DNA of 64,000 nucleotides from Podarcis gaigeae. Taxonomy: Eukaryota. The DNA lies in NCBI GenBank assembly GCA_964106915.2, contig OZ066919.1; one strand, written 5' to 3'. The translations under genes and the position numbers were made by a program. A model generated the notes under the pieces. The model ran no database searches. It saw only the letters and a list, made by a program, of their open reading frames with translations, and was not told where the DNA came from. Below, one piece after another: positions 1-11,533 of the stretch; positions within the stretch are counted from its first letter, which is position 1; each line of letters begins with the position of its first letter.

Positions 1-1347
1 TACACTTGGAAGGCTTGTTATAAAAGAAGCATCTTTGACAGGCACTAAGAGGGCAATGCAAAAGGTGTCTGCCTGTCAGTTTCTCCTTGGGTGCTCAGTA
101 ATGTATGATTATTTTAGCCTTTACAGTTTCTTCACTGCTTGAATTGTGATCTGTTGCACACTTCCTCATGCCTGAGAAATATAATGAAAAGCACCTCTCT
201 CTCTCACCCTCTCCACCACATTTGCACTCTCCCACATTTGACCTCTAGTTTGTTATCTTCGAGCCTTTGGTTAGCTATAATCAACAATCTCTTCTGTGGT
301 GTCCACTTTAGCGATGGTTGTCCCAGCAGCCATATCTATGGTAACAGGTGGACTTTACTCGGATCAAATGCATTGAGACATGAGTGTATTCTGCTACTCA
401 TTTAGCCAGGAAGAGCAAACACTGTCTTTAACTTGGTACTTTGCCAAAGGAGTATCTTAAGTAGCTTTTATGGGTTGCTCCAAACCACCTTTTATTCAGC
501 ATTCATCCTGATTAGCGTGCAAAAGCTTATGTGGTGGTTAGGCCACACTATGCGTTTATAGCACATGGCTTCTCCACAAAGAATCCTGGAAACTAGTTTC
601 TTAAGCATCCTGGGATTTGTAGCTCTGTGAGGACTAAACTACCAAATGCTGGCTTTATAAAGGATTCTTATTTATTAGGCAGTTATATTATAATGAGCAG
701 ACATCCAGCAAGCATCCTGATTTGCTTGCGGGGTGTTTAGTCATCTTCCTGACTATTGTTTGTTCATCCCATACATTTCAATATCCTGTCATCCTATCAC
801 TTTCCTAAATCCAAAGAGTCCTTTGTTTTTAAAGTGTTACGGCAACAGTTTTTAAATCCACTTTAATTGCACAAACCTTTTGTTCCGGTGTGTGCTTGAA
901 TCCGTCCCACAAAATAGTGACAGCCTGAAGGCACTTTTAGTGATCTGGTCCTTGAGTTACATGTTGTGGTGGAGCAAATGAGGGGTGGTCCCAGTACCCA
1001 TCCGCTGCTTGAAGATTTGCTTGGGGCCTCATTCCCAGATGCTCCTCACAACTTGTGGATGTGAGTGCCTGTTGACTGTTTTCTCCCACTGGTTCCATCA
1101 AGAGTTGTTTTCTTAATGTTAACTGTCACACATGGAAGAGGAATATCACAGGAATTGTGGCTGGAAGGGCCACAGTCTTGATAACAGTTGCCACCCACCT
1201 CTCTCTGCACCTAGTGGTGTGTGTGTATATCTGTCACAGAAACTTGCTAATCACATTGGCATCCCCTTGCTGGGTCTGAGAAAAAAAGGTGCATCAAGTG
1301 TAGCATTCTGCTCTCAGTGTCCAACAGAATGTCTATGGGAAGCCTGC

Positions 1348-1718
1348 AAAGGACCCCTGGACGGTTAAGTCCAGACAAAGGTGACTATATGGTTATGACA
1401 CTTATCTCGCTTTCAGGCCAAGGGAGCCGGCATTTGTTCACAGACAGCTTTCCGGCTCATGTGGCCAGCATGGCTAAACCGCTTGTGGCACAACAGGACA
1501 CCATGATGGAAACCAGAGTGCAAGGAAACGCCTTTTACCTTCCCGCCACAGTGGTACCGATTTATCTACTTGCAGTGGTATGCTTTTGAATTGCTAGGTT
1601 GGCAGAAGCTAGGACAGAGGAACAGGAGCTCACCCCATCGTGTGGATTCAAACCACTGACCTTCCAATCAGCAAGCCCAAGAGACTTTGTGGTTTAGACC
1701 ACAGCGTTACCCACTCCC
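1348..1718 (-). mobile_element. Sauria SINE (diverged copy)
   Basis: Aligns by eye with the copies at 29934-30275 and 59820-60177; tRNA-like head at the right end. Confidence 0.85.
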
Positions 1719-1949
1719 TTGGGAAGCCTACAAGCACCATGAGGGTGCAATACCACTCTCCCATTTAGCAAGTGCAACCACAGAGCAATTTCTCCCTTAC
1801 CCCACACACGAATTCCCAGACCAGAGCCACCCTCATTTGCCTGGAGCACCCACCCCACAACATTCACAGACTATTCTTCTGAGAGCACTGCCAGCTCCTG
1901 CCAGTCTGCTACGACATCCAGTGCTTCCTGCCCAAAGGCCCTGTCCTTA

Positions 1950-2135
1950 AGAACCACCACCACAAGGGCAAGACATACTGCCTATCTGATCATAGCAGCC
2001 TCCAGCCAATGCTGCCACTCTTGCAGGCCATGGCGCAGTGGTTTCAGGCTGGGGAAGTGGTGGGGCCCAGGACTGGAGGAGGCCTTTACCCAGGCTTCCT
2101 GAGCAGCTGGCCTGGCACTTTCCAGATAAGCTTCC
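1950..2135 (+). promoter_or_regulatory. Candidate MPL thrombocyte-type promoter: RUNX/ETS/E-box/GATA cluster
   Basis: ACCACA (RUNX) 1959-1964, GGAAGT (ETS) ~2053-2058, CTTCCTG (ETS) ~2095-2101, CAGCTG (E-box) 2104-2109 and AGATAAG (GATA) 2124-2130, about 210-390 bp upstream of the ATG. Mammalian MPL promoters are known to use GATA, ETS and RUNX sites. Confidence 0.5.
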
Positions 2136-2342
2136 CTTGCACAGGTCCAGCAACAAAGGTTCAGAGCTTACGTTCACTGGAACAAAAAGCCAAGCAGTCC
2201 CTGTCTGCTACCTCAGCAGGAGTGCAGGCCACTGATGTATCCATGTGTCCAATGTTCTGCCAGAGCATATACTGTCGACACCAGCAGTGCGGAGGGACAA
2301 GATTTTGACTTGGGTCTGATCCTGGATGTACCTTCTAGTAGG

Positions 2343-5300
2343 ATGGCAGTTCCTCTCTGCTTGGTGAGGCCACTGCTTGCCATACTCCTGCTCATCTCTT
2401 TGCCTGTGCTGAACTGTGTCTACATCACAGATGAAGGTAAGATTACAAACTGCTACTACTGTCCATGGTTTAGGGCAGAGATTTCCAAACTTTTCATGTT
2501 GGTGACATACTTTTTAGACATTTGTCATTTCACAACACAGTCATTCAGTTTTACTAGCAAACCGGAGATTAAACTAGCCCCTTTCCTGCCCTGGGAGGAG
2601 CTTGGGGTACATTAGCAGAACACACCTACGCGCTACAGCCGACACACTAATGTGTCACGACACAATTTGGAAAGCTCTAGTTTAGGGGAAAAGGTGAGGA
2701 TGAAGCATGGCTTTTGTTACTTTTTTTGTGGCCCTAGAAACTTCATTAGGAAAGCCAGGCAGGTGAATATTCTTGTGGACGAAGGGCATCTGGGCAGAGG
2801 GGGTGGGATGGGGCTTTCTGGGAGCACCACAACAACCAGCTTTCCTGGATTAGGGTTTCCAATTTCTGATGAAAAATGCCCTCTAGGCTTTTGATCACTG
2901 TGGCATGCAGATGTCATCAGGCAAGGCTTCTCACAATGCAGTGATGAAAGAAGACACTCTTTTCAAACTATTCTCTACCATGCCCTTATTAAAACATAAC
3001 TCTGGACTGTACCATGTGGGATCAGGAAACTTTGGAATAAATGAAGCTCTTCCATACTCGTGGATCAAGCTCCACCTTGGCTGCTGCAGAAGGAGGGTTA
3101 GGAGAAAACCCTTTCATGTCCTATGCCAGGATGAGGCCCAGCACAGAGAACTATAGATCCCAAAACTATAAGTGCTGAAAATTGTAACTCTGTTGAGATA
3201 AACTACAGTTCCCGGGATTCTTTGGGGAAAGTCCTGTGCTTAACATGTATGGTATAGTCACAGCCTCGGAGATCTACCTGCACACCTCCACCAAAGTGTT
3301 TCCTCTGTACGTTATTCAGGGCCACCAGTCAACAGAAGAGCAAGGAACATGTGGAAAGATGGAATAGGTTACAAAGGCTCAAAGTGAATGTGGGTACCTA
3401 AAGCGCCAAATTGTTTCGTGTCCAGATCAATGCAGTTCTTTACTAGGATCAGCTATTAAGTGCAGTCTTTCCAGATGATGAGAATTTTCCTCACTACAAC
3501 TCTCAATTAGGGAGAAACAAGATCTAACTAGAATTCAGGTTTGTTTTTCCAGCACCCTTTATTCTTCACTGTCCTTTGTATAGAGTGGTTGTGTTTCCTC
3601 CCTTCTTCTGTGGGGGCACAAGGGTGGGGGGATAGGAACATAAAAAAGAACATAAAAGTTCTGTCTATGTTCAAAACTTGAATAGCTCATAGGATCTTTT
3701 CAGCTTTTCTGATGGATATGATACTGTTAGAAATACTACAAAGACAGAAACAAAAATCTAAAGAAATTCTTCTTTGACTTAGCGTGAATGATAAACCTGA
3801 AATTGTTTAAGGGTAAGATGTGAAATTATTGACTAAATATATATATAACAGTGGTACCTCAGGTTACATACACTTCAGGTAACATATGCTTCAGGTTACA
3901 TACGCTTCAGGTTACAGACTCTGCTAACCCAGAAATAGTGCTTCAGGTTAAGAACTTTGCTTCAGGATGAGAACAGAAATCGTGCTCCGGCGGCGCAGCG
4001 GCAGCAGGAGGCCCCATTAGCTAAAGTGGTGCTTCAGGTTAAGAACAGTTTCAGGTTAAGTACGGACCTCCGGAACGAATTAAGTACTTAACCTGAGGTA
4101 CCACTGTATTCAGATTTCACAGATATCCTATGTTCTGCAGTGTTACTTCTCAAACCCTTAATTCTGATGGTATAATTCATTTTACCTTCTTGCATTGTTT
4201 GTTCCTACAGAATTATTGATCCCCTTGATTTCTTTGTTTCCCTCTCAAATCTTTTAAAATTAGGGCTCCCTCCAGATGTCCTTTTTATTGTGTATTTGTC
4301 ATTACCCATGATTCTGCCTGCAAAAGTGTCATGGTGAACCTATACTGCTTTGTTTCCAGTCAATGCATGTCCCATAGTCTCCTGCTTTCCTTTCTCACTG
4401 GGATTCTAGATACAATATTTACCCTTATAAGACACTCCTGAAACACTGTGGGAGGGGAAAGCAGCTAGTGAATTATTTTCGTGGGGATGGGTTAATGAAC
4501 CCTGTTACTTCTCCACTCAAAATCTTAGCGTCTTGAGACTGCTTTTTTAAAGTCATTGTTTTCATTACATTTGCGTATAATGTGTAGTTTGTTCCCTTAT
4601 CTTGCTTCCTCCCACTCTCACTGGGAGTTCTATCTCCCTGGGACAGGAAGCTGCTCCCCCCCCCCCCCGCCCCAAGTTTGCCACAAAACCACATGGCTAT
4701 TTTGGGATGTTTGTGAACACTTCCTGGCAGCAAATACTTTGGGGTGGTGGTAATCATTAGCTCCCCCTTTCCCTAATCCTTTCCCAACCCACTCAAACAA
4801 CTGTGTTGCCAATATGGATGTTCACATAAAAAAACAGAAACAGAATGACAACAGGTAGGGTCAGTACCGTTTGCATTTGTGGGTTATGAAAATCAGTACT
4901 GTTAGATGGATGTGTGGTGTACAAAAATGAAAATACATTATAGAAGGGATGAGGAACCTATGGCCCTCCAGAGGTTGCTGGACTACAACTCCCATCAGCC
5001 CTAAACATTGGCCATGCTGGCTGAACTAATAGGAGGTGGAGTACAACAGGTCCTCATTCTTGCAATATAGAGAAAATTAATACTGTTGGGGGGAGCATTT
5101 TAATGAGCCACTAAACTTCACGGCAGAAGGGGGTCATAACAGGGCCAGTGACTGCAGGCTGCACCACCCACCCACCCACCCACCCCAAGATGCAGGGCGG
5201 AGTCTTTGCATGTTACCTGGTACGTACTTATTCAGAGAACTGCACCCAAACATTCAGGTTGGTGCCAAAGAATGAGAGCGTGGAGGTGCACTTTGAATAA

Positions 5301-8300
5301 CCACAGCCAGCCCCCCACCTTTATTGAGCAACTTCTTGCACCTCACCCCACACCCACTTAATTCAAAATTAACTAACATTATTTGATCCCTTCCTGTGGC
5401 TAACTTTTATCTAGATCATCAGCTGTTCTCCTCAGCAGAAACTAGTTTGTCAGCTTCTAAGACTGTATGAACCCCTCACCCCATTTGCTCTGCAGTCATC
5501 ATTATACTCCCACTGCTTGTTTGGGAAGTGGCAAAGCCCACATTATCCACAATCCGTATCTCTCTTGTGGTTTGTTATGAAATAAATACTGTGTTTTGGT
5601 GCATTTTCCCACACACCTGCTTTGAACCAAATTGAGAAAAAGAACCACCTAGTTGCATTTCAAGCCAGTGATGTGTACACAGCCTAACACACATTTCTCT
5701 CCACTGCAGTGTGTCTTCTGGAAATTCTATCATGCATTTGATAAGGATATTTGATTTTATATTCCTTCCCTCCCCATTATCATAGCTACCTCACCCCTGT
5801 GTTGGCAAACAGGATCTATGCCCTGCCCACTCCCTCCCAAGGTGTAATGAATGTATGGGGGTTGCTCGTGCGTAAGTTGCTACCCTGCCTGGCTAGTTAG
5901 CCTGGTCAAACCTTTCCTGCCTGGACAGCCCTTCACTTTGTGGCTGTTCAGTCGCTAGCAGAATCCGTGAGTGGACGTTTCTTAAACTTCTTCCAGCACA
6001 AAAGCTCTTTGACCCCAAGTCTACGCCTACTTTCCCTGCGTGGAAGTCTTCTGCGCAGAGTGGGTGTGGGCAGAGGAGGACCAGTGCTCTCCCCGCTGGT
6101 CTCCAGCGAAGAGTCCTGGAGACCCCTCTCCGATTCCCCCCACCGCTCCCCTTTATCCCTGGTGTTACGCTGATTTCCTTCCCCAGCTGAAGAGTTCCCT
6201 CTCTCCCTGCTTGCCCCTTCTCCGGCATCGCTTGGGAGCTCTGCCTCCACTCCTGGCTCCAATGTCAGTTCCCTGACACAAGGCTAACTGTAGGGGGAAA
6301 ATTTTGTTGTAATCACTAAGGGGAGAAGGCTTAAATTTCACCACCACCACCCCAGCATGCTGTGTTCCCATTGAACATTGCTGCTTGGCACTTGCAATTT
6401 TTTTTTAAAAAAAAACAATGTTAGAGAAACCATTAGCATCATGTGTAGTTACAGGTAGGTAGTTGTATTGGTCTGCCATAGTCAAAACAATTTTTTTTAA
6501 AAAAAATTATTTCCAGTAGCACCTTAGAGACCAACTAAGTGTATCTGAAGAAGTGTGCATGCACACGAAAGCTCATACCAATAACAAACTTAGTTGGTCT
6601 CTAAGGTGCTACTGGAAAGGGGAAAAAATATTTTGTTTCATTGTGTGTAGTTAGGCTCCTAGAAACATAAGAAGTTTCATTAGAGTAGGCCAAACTATTG
6701 GTCTATCTGGCCTGGAACTGTCCAAAAGTGAAGAAGCATTTCACATCATGCACTACCTGATTTTCTTAGCACACTGAAGAAAGGCCCTACAGGAGTGGTG
6801 CCTTCTCCCCTTCTGAAACTTCCCCACCCCCAAAGACTGGAGCATGGCTATAAAACTCTTATTCCAAGCTGACTGGAGCCCTGGAGAGAAGCACAACCCG
6901 TGACAGGCTGTGGTGACTTACTGGCCATTTCTTACAGCTTGTGCTTGTACAAACACTTGTATTAATCTCTATGACCACAGTTCTATTTGCCATGCGCTTG
7001 CTTCCTCTCATCTCACAGTCCAGATGACTTTGGGTATTTGTGGTTACAATTATCGCCCTATTCAGCTTGAAGACTTATGCAAGCTTCTCTTCTCTTTTCT
7101 TTTCTTTTCTTTTCTTTTTCTCTCCCCACACAGAGGCTGATCTATTGGCTAAAACAGCTCAGGACATCTTCTGCTTTTCTCGCACCTTTGAGGATCTCAC
7201 TTGCTTTTGGGATGAACCAGCACGCGTGGAAGGGGCATATCGGCGCTTCTTCTATACATACAAAGGGTGAGAGGTTTTTATACATGGCTATGATCCATAG
7301 TCCAGGCTGCCTTGAAGGTTTCCAGTAGAAGAATACTGCAGCTCCTTGAGGTTTCCCACTGCCCACTCTCTTCATCTCCACAGAGACAGAAGCCGAGAAT
7401 GCACTCTGCGGTCAGCAAAGCACAGTGATGGAGGCTGGCGCCATGTCTGCATCTTCCCCAGGAACCATCAGGATATTCTGCTCTTTGCAGAACTCCACGT
7501 CGAGGTGTTAGACACCATTAGTAATCACACCACTCGCTCTCAGGATCTCTCAGTGGCGTCTGTTGGTAAGCCTTCCTTTGGATTTGAGAAGCAAGGAAAT
7601 GTGGCGTGACATTAAAAACAATTATCAAACACTTAACAATCACAAAACATGTGATGGCTCCTGAAAATATGTATCTCAGGTGTCATCCTTAGGACATGGT
7701 CCTAAATCCCACCCACCACTGGCAGGGCTTGTTGAGTGGTACAGCCATCACTGCATCAGGATTCCACCACTCACAGATATACCATTAGCAAGCTTCCTGT
7801 CTGCACACACATTTGGAGGGCAAAAGGGGGACAGCCGAGTGAAGGGACATCTCTGCCTAATCCAGCCCCCAGCCTGGCAAACAACAACCAACAGTACTGA
7901 GGATGAGGCCATATGTATCTCCCTGGGAAGAAGTTCAAAGGGGTGGGGCACTGGCACCTGCCAGCCAAACAACTCTTGCTGGTGGATTAGGGAGCAGAGC
8001 CTGCCCTAAGGATCTCACAGTAAAATCTGAGCATGAGGAGGAAAGCCAGAGGCAAAGGGAAGGGTGGACAAAGTGGAGGTCACATAAATAAGAAATGAAG
8101 TTACACCTACTTAAGCTTCACACTTGAGGATGTGACACCATCAAATTCTAGCAAACTTTCATTTCTACATTTGGCTCTGTCCATTTGGCTGCCCTTTTCC
8201 TAGAGGCTAAGAAGTAGTGCATCCGGCCAGAATGCGGATGCCTAGATTGACATACCACCAGAGCTTGCCCTTGCCTGCTGGAGAACTGCAGCCCACCTTT

Positions 8301-11300
8301 CTACTGCTTTGTTGTTGTGTGCTGCAGTCCCAAGAAAGCAACCTTGCAGCAGACACAGCCAAGTCCCCAGCATTCTTGCTTGCCTCTGCAGATTCCTGCA
8401 CTCCCAGTTGTGACTACCACACAGAGAAGCATTCCACTGTAAATATACTGCATATACAGGAGAAATGTAACAAATCCACATATTATGTATTTATTAGAAC
8501 ACTACTTGGGGATTTACTGTTGCTTCAGAGATTGAAACAATGGTAATATTTACTGCACCACTTAAGTGTTGAAATTATATCTTCATCTGTCTTTGTTTGT
8601 AAATCCCATAGTTTTCTATCTACGTTTGTAAATCCCACAATTGTCTATCTATGCTTAGGTCTGATTGCTCCACCAATGAATGTAACAGTGGTGTGGCCTG
8701 GAGTGGCACGACAGTTGCACGTAGCCTGGACCCCCCCACCTTTCCACTATGCAGACTTCTTGGCCTATGAGGTTCTTTACAGTGCTGAAGGCTCCACAGA
8801 GCCACCATCCAGGGTATGGCTTATATGGGGCAAGGGAAGTTTTGGTGTATGACACCCGCAGGGCAGCTGGCTGTGTCTAAAACTCTAAGCAGGACACCAA
8901 GCTCTGTGGCTATCAAGTAGGGGTGAAGGAGCAGTTCAATGCGATTTGCGTTTATAGGTGAGCCTACTTATTTTGCACATTCTGCAACACTACACAAACC
9001 TTTGAACTCTACAATTCTATGATCCTATGAAAACACAGACATCCTTCCAAATTCAGAATTCTCTGAATTTTGCAGTGCAGTTCTCCAGCCAAATAGTGTG
9101 TACAAAAACACAAATACTAGGATGAAATGTGCCTGCAAATGCACATATTACTGAAAATAGCATACAAAAATGCATTAGATAAGGGAAAGCACCTTTGCCA
9201 AAATGTGTGTATTATGCAAATGAAGCAGCGTAAAAGGGGATAAATTTGCAGTAAAATGTTGCTAAATTTTCATGAGCACTTATTGTTAAACAATTTGCAA
9301 ACAGATGAGCTATCGGGGGAAACTACTTCCACTAATCCTTACATGTGCCTGATTCCATCCCTCATAGATGGAAGTGAAGAACAGCCATACATGCCGCCTC
9401 AGAGACCTGCTCCCTGGGCACTGCTACCACATCCAAGTGCGCACCAAGCCTGATGGCCTCTCTCTTGATGGGCTCTGGGGACCATTGTCTCCAGTAGTAT
9501 TAGCAGAGACACCCCATCTCCCTGGTAAGGGTCCTGTTGTTTGGTAAACAGTTGTCATGGGGATCTTAGTTGCATTACTTTCAAACAATGCACTATAACT
9601 GCATACATATTGTTACACGCCACCCCAGTCTCCAAGCAGTGTGAGTTTCAAGTTGTTTCAGGTGCTTAGCCGGGGTTTGGTTTCCTCAGAATGAGGGACA
9701 TTGGAGACTGTAGTGTCTTTAGGATACATGGTTTAGTTATTCTTTCTATATAGCTCTGTTTCTCCATAATAACTTATTTGGAGTAGTGCCTAGATGTAGA
9801 GGTGAAACGGATACAGGGCAAGGGGGAGTTGAGGTTGAATCCTGGCAAGATGAAAGCACTGTGGGTGAGTGGTTCTCATGTTAATTGCCTACCCTGGATG
9901 GGGTTGCATTCCCCCTGGAGGAGCAAGTTCACAGTCTGTGGGTTCTTCTCAATCTAGCTTTGTCACTGGGAGTCCAGGTAGCCCCAATGGCTAGAAGTGC
10001 CTTTTATCAGCTGCAATTGGAATAGCAGGTGTGACCATTCCTTGACTGGGAAAGCTTGGTCACAGTAGTTAATATACTGGTTACTTCAAGACTGGAATTC
10101 CATATTGCACTCTATGTGGGGCCTCCCTTGTGCTTAATTCAGAAGCTACAGTTAGTACAGAGTGCTGTGGTACAATTGCTGGCAGGAAACTCTCCTCAGA
10201 GAGATCTGCACTGGTAGCCAATTTGCTGCCAGGCCAAGTCCAAAGCGTTACTGTTAGTCTATAAAGCCCTTAGCAGCTTGGGATCAGTTTACTTGCAAGA
10301 TTGCCATACCCCATATATGCCCACTCAACCACTTCGAGCTGCGGAAATGGCATTCTTACAAGAGTTACATACCATATTTTTCCATGTATAACATGCCCCC
10401 ATGTATAAGACGCCCCCTATTTTGAGGGACTCCAAATTAAGAAAATGGGGGAAGGTGGCACAGAGTTGTTTAAAGCAAACAAGTGTCTGTCTGCCTGCTC
10501 ACCAACAGTAGCCAGCAATCGTACACCCAATTGCCACACAAAAGGCAATCCAAAGCAACCTTTGCTGCAGCAACCAATCACATGCCCAATTGCCACAATG
10601 GCAGCTAACCCAAACAATTAAACTCACTTCCACAGGATGCAAGGGTGGTTTTAAAAGAGGGTTAGGCAAATTAATGGCGGGTAAGGCGGTCAATGACGGC
10701 TATGCTCTGCCTCCACAGTTGGACGCAACAATGCTTCTGAATAGCAGTGGCTGGAAACCACAGGAGGGGAGAGGCCTCTTTGGCCCAGGTCCTGCTTGTG
10801 GGTTCCCCACAGGCATCTGGTTGGCCACTATGGGAACAGGTTGCTGTCTTAGATGGACTACTGGGCTGATCCTGCAGACACTACCAGTTTTTATGTGGTT
10901 ACACTAGGTAATATGAAATGCTTCCAAGAAGCACTTGTTAAATCTTCAAAGCTTTATTGCTTTACAATAAAGAGCAAACACCAGAATATGCCAATCACAA
11001 AAAAGAAATGCTTATTAAACTATGAAAGGTAATATATGAAATGCTTCCAGGAGATGCTTGTTGAATTATGAAAGGTAATAAGCACCTGGACTAATTAAAA
11101 CAGCATACATCTCCCTTGCAAAATAAGAGATGAAGAGCAATAGGAGTATCTAATTCAATCTTCACTGACTTCCTCAGAGGAAGGTAAATCTCACTGCTGT
11201 TGTAATCTGTATTTTGACCCAATAAAGTTTTTCATTAGATTTCTATCCCACTCTTCCTCCCCAAGGAGATCTGGGCAGCTCCTTTTAAGATCAGGGGCCT

Positions 11301-11490
11301 GAGGAAAGAGGAGCAGACTGAGAGGGAGGAAAAGGCCATCCATCTTGGGTGTGCCACAGTGGCCAGGTGAAGGTCAGGATCTGTCTTTAATGTGAGGGTG
11401 CAGAGGATGTCCATGTGTTGTCTATGAAGGCAGGGTGGTGTAGCGGCAGAGGACTGGTTTGGGAAGAAATGGGTAGAGGCAGGAACCAGT

Positions 11491-11533
<43 letters not shown>

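Noticed and set aside
5893-6276. ORFs of 77-111 aa in MPL intron 1
   Set aside because: All fall inside the solo LTR and show no protein motif.
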